A stretch of DNA of 64,000 bases from an uncultured bacterium (GCA_964565925.1 CAZMGV010000008.1:2664-66663), one strand, 5' to 3'; numbered from the stretch's first letter, positions 19,097 to 28,075 are shown. A program made the numbers and translations. The notes: a model not told the origin generated them from the letters alone.

Positions 19097-19837
19097 TTAT
19101 CCCTTACTATAATACTGTCTGAATATCGGAATACTCGAAACATTATCTTGGAATACCGGCTCTAGCAGTGCTTTATCTTCAGCATTTAAACCGGCCAGAT
19201 ACCTTGAAAATAACCCGATCTGGACGATAAAGAATACGCTATCTGCTAAGGTTAACCACTCTCGAAATACCGGTTCATTATATTCGATATCGGCCTTCAA
19301 AAAATCGGTTCGGGAGTAATTCCCGTGCACGTATTCTGAACAGGATCGATATACTTTTGCACAATGTTCTGAATAGATCGATGAATCTGTCTCTAATCCG
19401 GCGCAATATAACTTACAGTAAGAGGCGGAGAATACACCGTTGTCCTTGTTGGTCACTTCTGACCACTGCAAATCATATTTACCGGCTTTCCAGGCTCTAA
19501 AGTGATAATCATGCATCGAAAAATATATGACACCAATTGAGGCTTCCAAAAATTGGCGCAATTCAAATATTGCTTGTCGATATCCTCCAGTAGTCCCTTC
19601 ATATAGGGAGCGACTGAACCCCCAACAGCAATAGTTGAATAGTTCGACCTCCGGAGTTTCCTGAATAATATTTCGCCAAATCTCTAAATCGGCGCGCTTT
19701 GAATGGATTGCTGCCAGACGACCGGCGTGGCTAGATTGCAGCGCTAACGCCGAATTGCTTTGAACCTTCTGGATTAAGCGTGTGTATTCGCTTGTAAGCG
19801 CCGTCACCGCGATAGCTGGCTTTGAAATATCAGACAT
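19097..19837 (-). CDS. hypothetical protein (island gene A), Cys-rich, possible Rx6H (HEPN-like) motif
   Basis: 246 aa from ATG 19837 (TTG at 19849 also possible); coding-like periodicity; first gene of the island operon; RSCSEYVH motif. Confidence 0.5.
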   Translation of the reverse strand: MSDISKPAIAVTALTSEYTRLIQKVQSNSALALQSSHAGRLAAIHSKRADLEIWRNIIQETPEVELFNYCCWGFSRSLYEGTTGGYRQAIFELRQFLEASIGVIYFSMHDYHFRAWKAGKYDLQWSEVTNKDNGVFSASYCKLYCAGLETDSSIYSEHCAKVYRSCSEYVHGNYSRTDFLKADIEYNEPVFREWLTLADSVFFIVQIGLFSRYLAGLNAEDKALLEPVFQDNVSSIPIFRQYYSKG

Positions 19838-20099
19838 GTACGGTTCCAATCGTCTTTGATATCACAAAATATATACCAACTAGTAAAAGTGTTCAAAAAA
19901 ATAGTAGTAGGCGCCATCCTTATTCACAGGCTCACCACGAACGGTGCCGCTCTGAAAATGCACCTTCCGGTGCGGCTTTCCCCCGAAATTCCCGCCAGTT
20001 ACCAACTGTGACACTCCGTGACACACACGTCTGATAGGGTGCTTTGCAGGTAAGGGGGCATATGGGCCCCGCCATCACAAGTCTGCCGCTTCCATCCCT

Positions 20100-20189
20100 G
20101 CGACCCCGAGGGCGGGGTCGCGGTCCCTTCCGGAGGAAGGGACTTTCGGGAGCCCTCTTCCCATGGAAGAGGGTCCGGCTGAAAGCCGG
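20100..20189. repeat. cluster of four contiguous GC-rich stem-loops
   Basis: gcgacccc-gagggc-ggggtcgc (20100-20121); tcccttcc-gga-ggaaggga (20124-20142); ccctcttcc-cat-ggaagaggg (20153-20173); ccggct-gaa-agccgg (20175-20189). Confidence 0.6.
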
Positions 20190-20205
20190 GGGAGATGGCG
20201 CAGGG

Positions 20206-21165
20206 ATGGAGAAGGAGGTCCTTTTGATGCTTCGAGATCCCGATCTGCCGCACTACCAGCCGAGCGCGACCATCAACTGCCTGGTGCAGGCGATGCGAAC
20301 GCCTGACCCGATTGTCGCCCGGAATCTGTTTCTGGAGGCCCGGGCGCGGGTCCTTCAGGGGGCGGTCTATTTAGGCGCCTGGACGAAGAACGACCGGGTC
20401 GCCTGCGAGAGCCACAAGCTCACCCTGCGAGAAACGAACCGGCTCTACCACGACTACGACCGGATCGCGTTCGAGGCGCAGCGGCTGGCCGGCTCCGAAG
20501 GCCGAGCGGCGGCGGCAGCGCACGCCGACCTGCACAAGGGCCGCCATAACCCGGTCACGGCGAACCAGGAGGACTACCTCCCGCCGCTCCAGGGTCCGGA
20601 GGAAGCCACGCCTGAACAGCGGGACGAAGCGGCCTCCGTTCTGGAGTTCCAGAACCTCGAAGCCGAGCGCGAAACCCTCGACTGCATCAGCCGGTTCTTT
20701 AAGGACCTAAACACATTGGAAATTTCTCCGCAGCTCCGCAACCGCCCGGAAAAACTGGAGAATCTGGCGAAGGAACTTGTGGACGGAATCCCGCCGGAGG
20801 TGCTTGATGGGGTGGCTGATTCTTTCGCCGACATGCATCCGTTGAACTTAGGAACGGTGAGGGGTGGAGACATTCCGCACCCCCACCCGGCGGCGCCATA
20901 TCCCACCGGAGATGCCACCGGAGACGCCGCCGGGTCTCCCCCGTCGAGGGGGAGAGACTCCGCCCGGCTGACTACCCCGGGTCCATTCAGCCCCGCGAGT
21001 CTGTCCCCCCAATTCGGGGGGACCGCGAAGGCGAAGCCGGAGCAAGGGGGTCTGCGGGACGGGGGGACCGCGAGCCGCGTTTTACCGGAGGCGGGCAAGG
21101 AGGTTGAGCAGCCGGAGGTGACACTGCCCGGTCCCCCATCAGGTCACCCTCCCCTCCGGTTTTGA
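20206..21165 (+). CDS. hypothetical protein with Pro/Gly-rich C-terminal tail
   Basis: ORF from MEKEVLLMLRD; N-terminal part coding-like, C-terminal low complexity; no motif; could be spurious. Confidence 0.3.
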   Translation: MEKEVLLMLRDPDLPHYQPSATINCLVQAMRTPDPIVARNLFLEARARVLQGAVYLGAWTKNDRVACESHKLTLRETNRLYHDYDRIAFEAQRLAGSEGRAAAAAHADLHKGRHNPVTANQEDYLPPLQGPEEATPEQRDEAASVLEFQNLEAERETLDCISRFFKDLNTLEISPQLRNRPEKLENLAKELVDGIPPEVLDGVADSFADMHPLNLGTVRGGDIPHPHPAAPYPTGDATGDAAGSPPSRGRDSARLTTPGPFSPASLSPQFGGTAKAKPEQGGLRDGGTASRVLPEAGKEVEQPEVTLPGPPSGHPPLRF

Positions 21166-21282
21166 ACCGGTTTGGATTGGGTCTAAGATAGGTATCTGTG
21201 AAGAGCCGGTGACCTGCCGGTGACCTCAACGGGTGTGCCGGAACCCCCTGAAACAACTGAAGAAACAGAAAGTAACGACTCC

Positions 21283-22494
21283 ATGAAATACCTGATCCTG
21301 CTCGGCGACGGAATGGCGGATCTGCCCAGCGACAAGCTGGGCGGCAAGACGCCGCTCGACCTCGCCAACAAGCCGCTGATCGACCGGTTCGCCACCTACG
21401 GCGAGCTGGGTCTGTGCGACACGACGCCCAAGGGGTGCGAGCCGGGCTCGGACGTGAACAACATGGCGATACTCGGCTACGACGCCGGCAACCTGTATAC
21501 GGGCCGCTCGCCGCTGGAAGCCGCCGCGATGGGCTACGAACTGAAGGACGACGACGTGTCGTTCCGCTGCAACCTGGTGACCCTGGACGGCGACGGCGTC
21601 GACTCGGTGATGAAGAGCTACAGCGCCGGTTCGATCACGACCGAAGAGGCTGCCGATATCATCAACACGGTTCATGAGAAGCTGGGCGGCGATCAGGGCA
21701 AATACGGCCGGTTCACGTTCCGGCCGGGGATCGCCTACCGGCACCTGATGGTGTGGCACGGCGGGCGGCCGAGGCACGACCTCAAGCCCCCGCACAACAT
21801 CGCCGACAAGCCTGTAAAAGAATGGTTCCCGGTGGATGAGTCACTGCGGCACCTCATGCTGGAATCCCGCAAGTTCCTGATGGAGCACCCGGTGAACAAA
21901 CGCCGCGTGGCGGACGGCAAGCTGCCGGCCAACTCCGTCTGGTTCTGGGGCCAGGGCAAGCGCCCGCTGCTGCCAAAGATCACGGACCAGATCAAGATGT
22001 CGGGCGCGATGATCTCGGCGGTGGACCTGCTCCGCGGGATCGGCAAGCTGGCCGGGATGGAAGTGATCAAGGTGCCGGGCTCGACGGGCGAGATCCACAC
22101 GGACTGGGACGCCGAGACGCGGGCGGCGATCGAAGCGCTCAAGCGCCATGACTTCGTGTTCCTGCACCAGGAGGCCCCCGACGAGGCGGGCCACCAGGGC
22201 AATCCGCAGGACAAGATCAAGACGATCGAGTACCTGGATTCGAAGCACCTGAGGCCCATCGTCGATTTTCTGGACCAGAACTATCCTGACTACCGGGTGC
22301 TGATTCTGCCGGACCATCCGACGCCGTGGGCGACCAAGGACCATATCCCGGACCCGGTGCCGTATGTGCTCTACCGCTCGGAAGACGCGAAACGCAGTAA
22401 CCCCAGGGTCCGCAAATATACCGAGCGCGACGCGGCGGCGTCGGGCGTGTTCATCGGCCACGGCAAGGAGCTGGTTCCCCGCATGATGAGCTGA
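21283..22494 (+). CDS. apgM: cofactor-independent phosphoglycerate mutase, archaeal type (ApgM family)
   Basis: MKYLILLGDGMADLP N-terminus and overall ~400 aa architecture typical of ApgM/BPG-independent PGAM archaeal form; RBS gaaacagaaag. Confidence 0.7.
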   Translation: MKYLILLGDGMADLPSDKLGGKTPLDLANKPLIDRFATYGELGLCDTTPKGCEPGSDVNNMAILGYDAGNLYTGRSPLEAAAMGYELKDDDVSFRCNLVTLDGDGVDSVMKSYSAGSITTEEAADIINTVHEKLGGDQGKYGRFTFRPGIAYRHLMVWHGGRPRHDLKPPHNIADKPVKEWFPVDESLRHLMLESRKFLMEHPVNKRRVADGKLPANSVWFWGQGKRPLLPKITDQIKMSGAMISAVDLLRGIGKLAGMEVIKVPGSTGEIHTDWDAETRAAIEALKRHDFVFLHQEAPDEAGHQGNPQDKIKTIEYLDSKHLRPIVDFLDQNYPDYRVLILPDHPTPWATKDHIPDPVPYVLYRSEDAKRSNPRVRKYTERDAAASGVFIGHGKELVPRMMS

Positions 22495-22506
22495 GGGGAC
22501 AGTTTA

Positions 22507-22610
22507 GCGCCGGGGGCACTGCTTTCCGCGCCCCGGCTCGTACCCCGCTCAAGCGGCCGGTTGCCCGGAGTCCGCTGGGTGGGCGCAGAAAGCAGTACCC
22601 CCGGCGCCCC
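22507..22610. repeat. long inverted repeat between convergent genes (possible bidirectional terminator or miniature element)
   Basis: gcgccgggggcactgctttc ... gaaagcagtacccccggcgc (20/21 nt complementary arms ~60 nt apart). Confidence 0.5.
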
Positions 22611-22659
22611 TGTCCGGAGTACGAGACTGGGCTTGAGGGAGGAGACTCCCCGCCGCCCG

Positions 22660-23628
22660 CTACCGGTTTTGGTGAACTAACTGATGTAACCGGTTGATCG
22701 CTCTGGCCGTCCAGACCTTCGGGTCGTAGCGGGTGAGTCCCAGCCCCGCGTCGGGGTTCAGTGTGGCCGGTCCGGCCAGTATCCGGCGGGCGGCCTCGTA
22801 GCTGGACTCCGCGTTGGCCGACTTGGCGCAGCCGGGGATGTCGACGGGGGTCACGACGTGCAGGCCGTAGCGGAGCGCCTCGAGCGCCATCTTCGGCAGG
22901 CCGTCATGGGTGGCCGGCCGCAGCAGGAGCGTCGATCCGGCGTAGAGCCGGCTGAGGTCCTCCACCGTCACCCTGCCCGTGAACTGGACGTTGGGGAGCT
23001 TTGACTGGCCGGTGCAGGCCGCGGGTCTGCCTCCCCCCACCGCCACGAACGGGATGTGGGGGAACTGGGCCGCCAGCCGTTCAAGCACCTTCGCCCCGTA
23101 GAACTCCTCGCGCCCCTCCGTCGAATAGAAGATCACGCGGTGGGCGGCGGGCTGGGGCCGGTTCACCGGCGAGAGGTCCGGCGGCACCAGCGGCATGAGC
23201 TCGGCCTCGATACCCATCGTGGCCAGTTCGTCCACCAGGTGCGGGGCCACCGCCCCGTGCAGGGCGACCGAGCGGTTCAGGCTGTCCACGTGGGCCCTCA
23301 GCTGCGGCCTCGTCAGGAAGTCGTAGACGTCGGTGCCGATCCACAAGAGGACGACGGGTCTGGGCCGCCTGTCGCTGCGGGCCAGCCAGCCCGGCTTCGA
23401 CAGCCGTTCCAGCAGCTTCGGGGACCCCGCCATCAGCACGCCCACGGCCAGGTCCTTGCCCGCCGCCCCGAACAGCAGCGGCAGGTGCCCGGGTCTCGAG
23501 TACCGGCACCGGACCTCGCCGGCGTCCTTACCGGCAACGGCCGACGTACCGCCAGCCGACCACATGGCGGCCAGTGCCTCGCACACGCCACGGTCTCCGG
23601 TCAGCAGGATGTTGAGCGGCTTGCCCAC
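22660..23628 (-). CDS. putative GT-B fold glycosyltransferase (group-1 like)
   Basis: C-terminal GLPKMALEALRYGLHVV resembling GT4 nucleotide-sugar binding region; weak. Confidence 0.4.
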   Translation of the reverse strand: MGKPLNILLTGDRGVCEALAAMWSAGGTSAVAGKDAGEVRCRYSRPGHLPLLFGAAGKDLAVGVLMAGSPKLLERLSKPGWLARSDRRPRPVVLLWIGTDVYDFLTRPQLRAHVDSLNRSVALHGAVAPHLVDELATMGIEAELMPLVPPDLSPVNRPQPAAHRVIFYSTEGREEFYGAKVLERLAAQFPHIPFVAVGGGRPAACTGQSKLPNVQFTGRVTVEDLSRLYAGSTLLLRPATHDGLPKMALEALRYGLHVVTPVDIPGCAKSANAESSYEAARRILAGPATLNPDAGLGLTRYDPKVWTARAINRLHQLVHQNR

Positions 23629-23656
23629 AGTCCGGCGAGTCTAGCCGGTTTGGGCG

Positions 23657-24859
23657 TTAAATCGACGGATCCTTGTCGGCGAACTTCGGCACGTCGGCCG
23701 GTTCGTCCACGTCCAGGAGGTACTTCTGGATCCAGTACGGTTCGACGACCTTCTGGACCAGCAGGATTGCGAAGGCGATATAGGCCGTCGCCCAGAGCAG
23801 ATCGAGCACATAGTGGTGATTGAGATAAACGGCCGAGAACCACATGATCATCGGATAGATGAAGAACAGCCCGCGCTGCCACAGCTTCAGCTCCCGGTAC
23901 CCCCAGGCGCAGAAGATCGCACAGGTGAGCGAGTGGCCGCCGTGCAGCGACGGAATGGCGGCGAACCGGTTCGGGTTCAGCGTGCCCCAGACCGTGGCGA
24001 AGAAGTTCACGCCCAGCAGCTTGTCCAGCTTGGCGAGACCGGCGGCGCTTCCCGCCACCGCGTGTTCGATGCCCGGCTGCACGTAACCGTACTTGAGGAC
24101 GTACCAAGGCGGAGCCGACGGCAGCAGGACGTAGGTCGTCAGCGCCAGTGCGTTCAGGATCGCCAGCGTGTAGGTGTACCGGAAAAACAGTTCCCGGTCC
24201 TTGCGCCAGCCCCAGAACAGGAAACCCACAATCCACGGCATGAAGAAGTGAATGGCATAGGCCGAGCCCGCCATGATGTCGAGAAACTTGATGTACCACG
24301 CGCCATCGTGGAGCAGTTTCCACGCCTGCATGGCGAACGGCGGTATGTCCCCCTGCAGGAAGCTCGCCCACTGCGACTGATGCACGACAAGCCCCGATTT
24401 GCAGGACAGCATCGCATCGAGATTCTCGCAGCAGGAATGGGCGTTCTGGTAAGCCTTGCAGAGGTGATCGCCGACGACGGCCACATTGTCTTTCGCGTAG
24501 GCCACCGGCGCAGAGTCCGGCCCGAAGAACAGCTTCGTGATCCGGCCGACGACCGCGCGCTCCCAGATCACCGGCTCCTCGATGTTGATCCGGCGGACCT
24601 GGTCCGCAAGACCGCGCAGCAGGTCGTAGCCCAGCCAGAAGAGGAAATACGGAGTCCAGTCGCTCAGGAACTGGCGCGAACGGTTCCGCCCCATGGCGAG
24701 CGAACCCATCATCACGACGGTCAGGATGAACAGCAGGTGATCGGGCCGGAACGCGCCCATCACCAGACCGCCGCCCAGGAGGATGGCGAGCGCCACAACC
24801 CAGATAGCGACGATCTGCTTGAAGGTCAGTCTTTTAAAATCGCGGAAGTAGTGAAGCAA
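23657..24859 (-). CDS. PAP2-superfamily polytopic membrane protein (AUR1/IPC-synthase-like architecture)
   Basis: Multiple TM helices; PAP2 C2-like PSLHGGHS and C3-like YLNHHYVLD motifs; Cys-rich extracytoplasmic insert. Confidence 0.5.
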   Translation of the reverse strand: MLHYFRDFKRLTFKQIVAIWVVALAILLGGGLVMGAFRPDHLLFILTVVMMGSLAMGRNRSRQFLSDWTPYFLFWLGYDLLRGLADQVRRINIEEPVIWERAVVGRITKLFFGPDSAPVAYAKDNVAVVGDHLCKAYQNAHSCCENLDAMLSCKSGLVVHQSQWASFLQGDIPPFAMQAWKLLHDGAWYIKFLDIMAGSAYAIHFFMPWIVGFLFWGWRKDRELFFRYTYTLAILNALALTTYVLLPSAPPWYVLKYGYVQPGIEHAVAGSAAGLAKLDKLLGVNFFATVWGTLNPNRFAAIPSLHGGHSLTCAIFCAWGYRELKLWQRGLFFIYPMIMWFSAVYLNHHYVLDLLWATAYIAFAILLVQKVVEPYWIQKYLLDVDEPADVPKFADKDPSI

Positions 24860-24958
24860 CGGTGATCCGTCCTTGCCGGCACGCCCTCACAAGAGCGGAA
24901 CGGGTCGACGCCGAATAGCCCCTTTTCCCTTACAAGAAAAGCGGGGATGAACGGCCTT

Positions 24959-26440
24959 TCATGCACGGTCGCGCCACTTGCGCCATTCGTTCACGCGCAG
25001 GTCCCGCGCCTTGCCCGCAATCGCCGGCTTGAACCGGGCCTCTTCCGTCCACACCGCCTCGATCTGGCTGAGACTTTTCCAGTACCCGGCGCCGAGGCCG
25101 CCCAGGAACGCCGCGCCCAGAATGGTCGTTTCAGTCTGGTGCGGGCGCACGACCGCCTGTCCGAGAAAATCGCTCTGCATCTGCATGAGCAGATCGTTCT
25201 GTGCGGCGCCGCCGTCCACGCGGAGTTCCCGAACCCGTTTGCCGCCGCTGTCGGCCGCCATGCAGTCGAGCAGATCCACGATCTGGAACGCCATACCTTC
25301 CAGCACTGCGCGGGCGATATGCCCCCGGTTTGTCCCTCGGGTAAGTCCCGCGAAAAGGCCACGGGCGTCCGGATCCCAGACCGGCGCACCGAGACCGGCC
25401 AATGCCGGGATAAAATGCACGCCGCCGGTATCTTCCACCTCGCGAGCCATCGCCTCAATCTCGTCCGCCGACTTGATCAGGCCCAGCCCGTCCCGCAACC
25501 ACTGGACCGCGGCGCCGGCGATAAATGCGCTACCTTCGAGGGCAAACGTTCGCTTGCCGTTCAGATCGAGAGCGACGGTTGTGAGTAGCTGGTTTTTTGA
25601 AGGTACCGGCTTGTCGCCGATATTCATGAGGACGAAGGCTCCGGTTCCATAGGTGCATTTCGCCATGCCCGGCCGGAAGCATGCCTGCCCCACGAGCGCC
25701 GCCTGCTGATCCCCTGCCGCGCCGGTGACCGGAGTGCCGTCGGGGATAACCCCGACCCCCTTGGTGAGCCCGAGCCGTCCGGCATTGGAAACGATGTGAG
25801 GCAGGATCGTCTCCGGCACATCGAATATCTTGAGCAGTTCTTTGTCCCAGGCGCCGGTTTTCAGGTTGTAGAGCAGTGTACGTGAAGCATTGGTCGCGTC
25901 GGTCACATGGGAACGCCCGCCGGTCAGCTTGGCAATGATCCAGCTCTCGATGGTTCCGAAGGCGAGCTTGCCGTCCTTCGCGCGGCGGCGTATTTGCGGA
26001 TCGTTCCGGAACAACCACGCGAGCTTGGTACCGCTGAAATAGGGATCGAGCAGCAGGCCGGTTTTCGCCCGGACCATTTTCTCGAGACCCTTCTTCTTGA
26101 GCTTCCGGCAGTCTTCCGCCGTCCGCCGGTCCTGCCACACGATCGCCCTGCCTACCGGCTCCAGCGTCTGGCGGTCCCAGAGCACCGTCGTCTCACGCTG
26201 GTTGGTGATGCCGATGGCGGCAATCGAGAGTCCCTTGGAACGGCAGTTCGCCACCACCTGTTCCACGACCGAGAGCGTGACCGCCCATATTTCGGACGCG
26301 TCGTGCTCGACCCAGCCGGGCTTCGGATAGTGCTGCGTAAACTCGCGGTCGGCGTGCGCCACGACCTCGATCTTTTCGTTCACGGCCATCGCCGCCGTGC
26401 CGGTCGTTCCCTGATCGATCGCCAGAATCACTTCGGACAT
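24959..26440 (-). CDS. glpK: glycerol kinase
   Basis: FGGY kinase N-terminus ILAIDQGTTGTAAMAV and full-length 493 aa match to GlpK pattern. Confidence 0.9.
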   Translation of the reverse strand: MSEVILAIDQGTTGTAAMAVNEKIEVVAHADREFTQHYPKPGWVEHDASEIWAVTLSVVEQVVANCRSKGLSIAAIGITNQRETTVLWDRQTLEPVGRAIVWQDRRTAEDCRKLKKKGLEKMVRAKTGLLLDPYFSGTKLAWLFRNDPQIRRRAKDGKLAFGTIESWIIAKLTGGRSHVTDATNASRTLLYNLKTGAWDKELLKIFDVPETILPHIVSNAGRLGLTKGVGVIPDGTPVTGAAGDQQAALVGQACFRPGMAKCTYGTGAFVLMNIGDKPVPSKNQLLTTVALDLNGKRTFALEGSAFIAGAAVQWLRDGLGLIKSADEIEAMAREVEDTGGVHFIPALAGLGAPVWDPDARGLFAGLTRGTNRGHIARAVLEGMAFQIVDLLDCMAADSGGKRVRELRVDGGAAQNDLLMQMQSDFLGQAVVRPHQTETTILGAAFLGGLGAGYWKSLSQIEAVWTEEARFKPAIAGKARDLRVNEWRKWRDRA

Positions 26441-26465
26441 GGCAGATAACCCCTCATATTCGGCG

Positions 26466-27581
26466 TCATTTCGCTTCCGGCGGTTTCGCGCCGTTCTTCT
26501 CGGCCGCCGCCTTGTCGCGCATGGCGCGGCGGCGGGCGGCGTTCAGCTGCCAGTAGGCAATCGCCTTCTCGTGGTCTTCAAAGGTTTTGGTGAACTCGTG
26601 GGTACCGTCGTTCTTCGAGACGAAGAACAGATAGTCCGTCTCGGCGGGCCGCACGGCCGCCTCGATCGCGGCGAGCCCCGGCTGGGCAATCGGCCCCGGT
26701 GGCAAGCCAGCCCTTAAGTACGTATTGTAGGGGCCGTCGGTGAGCAGGTCGTCGTGCTTTAGATTGCCGTCGAAGAGCGGCATCAACCCGTAAATCACCG
26801 TCGGGTCGGTCTGAAGGCGCATCTTCTTCTTCATCCGATTGTGGAAGACAGAGCTGATCACCGGGCGTTCGCTTGCCTGACCCGTTTCCTTCTCGACAAT
26901 CGAGGCGAGCGTGAGGATCTGATGCAGGTTTTCCAGGCCGTGCGCCTTGCCGTCGTCCAGCATCGCCTGCGAGACATTATCCTTGAGCGCCTGCACCATC
27001 TGCCTGAGAATCTCTCTGGGCTTGTAGGGCTTCGAGAACCGGTGGACCGCGGGGAACAGATACCCCTCGATCCGGTCGGCCGGAACACCCAGTTCCTTCG
27101 CGAAGTCGGCCGAATAGATGAGCGCCGTGTATTCGGCCTCCGGTCCGAAACCGTCCCGGTCGAGTTTTTTGGCGATCTCCCAGCCGGTGAGCCCCTCCGG
27201 GAACCGGAACTCGTGCCAGACCACCATCCCGTTGATGAGCAGCTTCATCACTTCCGGCGGCGTCAGCGCGGGAGACATCTCATATTCGCCCGCCTTGGGC
27301 TGCGCCTTGTTCAGCCGCAGGTAATAGTAGAAGTGCCTAGATTCCGTGATGACGCCCTGCTGCTTGAGCAGTTCCGCGACGGCCCGGGGGGAGAGCCCCC
27401 GCGGGATTTCAAAAACGACCTTCTCCTTGCTGAGGGGATTGGGCGCCGTGTTCAGGAACCGGATCGCCTCAAGGCCGATCAGGGCCCCGGCGGCGAACAG
27501 GCATACGAACATGAGTCCCAGGCCGATCCACAGGCCTTTCGACGATTTCGCTTCTTTCGGCTGGGGGGCGGGTGTCGTCAA
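26466..27581 (-). CDS. mltG: endolytic murein transglycosylase MltG (YceG family)
   Basis: N-terminal TM anchor then YceG-like domain; conserved ruvX-mltG gene pair. Confidence 0.85.
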   Translation of the reverse strand: MTTPAPQPKEAKSSKGLWIGLGLMFVCLFAAGALIGLEAIRFLNTAPNPLSKEKVVFEIPRGLSPRAVAELLKQQGVITESRHFYYYLRLNKAQPKAGEYEMSPALTPPEVMKLLINGMVVWHEFRFPEGLTGWEIAKKLDRDGFGPEAEYTALIYSADFAKELGVPADRIEGYLFPAVHRFSKPYKPREILRQMVQALKDNVSQAMLDDGKAHGLENLHQILTLASIVEKETGQASERPVISSVFHNRMKKKMRLQTDPTVIYGLMPLFDGNLKHDDLLTDGPYNTYLRAGLPPGPIAQPGLAAIEAAVRPAETDYLFFVSKNDGTHEFTKTFEDHEKAIAYWQLNAARRRAMRDKAAAEKNGAKPPEAK

Positions 27582-28075
27582 CGGGGCTCCTCTTTGTCTG
27601 TTTTATCTGTCCCGGCCGGTTCGTTCCTCGAGCCACGGGACGCCGGCTTGAATGCACCGGAAGGATTTCGGAAATAGTTCCCGAGTATTGCGGCCGCCGC
27701 AAGGTCGTCTTTCGGGGCGGTGTCGGGACCCGCGCCGTAGCTCGTCAGCCGTTCGTCTACCATAAAGACGGGCCTCCGCAGCCGCCCTTCCATCTTCAGG
27801 GCGATCTTGCGCACCCGCTCGAACTGCGGCCCTTCCGTCCCGTCCATATTAAATGGAGCGCCTACGATGATTTTCCCCACTTCCCACTCCGAGATAATCC
27901 GGCCGAGGTCGTCCATCACCTGACCGTCGGAGCGGCGCTCGACGACGCGCAGGGGCCGGACATCGAGCCCGCCGTCATCGGCGAGCGCGACTCCCACGCG
28001 CTTTTCTCCCCAGTCGACTGCCATAATTCCCATGTGGTGGCGGTCATTATGCCCCCGGAAATCGGGATTGCCCAC
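27578..28075 (-). CDS. ruvX: Holliday-junction resolvase-like RuvX/YqgF
   Basis: MAVDWGEKRVGVALADDGG RNase H-like YqgF N-terminus; overlaps mltG start (ATGA). Confidence 0.85.
   Translation of the reverse strand: MGNPDFRGHNDRHHMGIMAVDWGEKRVGVALADDGGLDVRPLRVVERRSDGQVMDDLGRIISEWEVGKIIVGAPFNMDGTEGPQFERVRKIALKMEGRLRRPVFMVDERLTSYGAGPDTAPKDDLAAAAILGNYFRNPSGAFKPASRGSRNEPAGTDKTDKEEPR

Larger units (their letters stand above)
16745..19990. other. low-GC horizontally acquired island (no integrase/transposase detected)
   Basis: Abrupt drop from high-GC flanks to ~40% GC; four co-directional tightly spaced genes; bounded by terminator (left) and hairpin cluster (right). Confidence 0.6.

Noticed and set aside
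16700-20060. Direct repeats (att sites) flanking the low-GC island
   Set aside because: Only trivial 6-7 nt matches (for example ccacgaa) were found by eye. These are insufficient to call target-site duplications, and a proper pairwise repeat search is needed.
20044-20205. N-terminal extension of ORF 20044-21165 across the hairpin cluster
   Set aside because: The translation is an Arg/Gly run produced by GC-rich palindromes. This is more plausibly non-coding structured DNA or RNA, and a downstream ATG (20206) exists.
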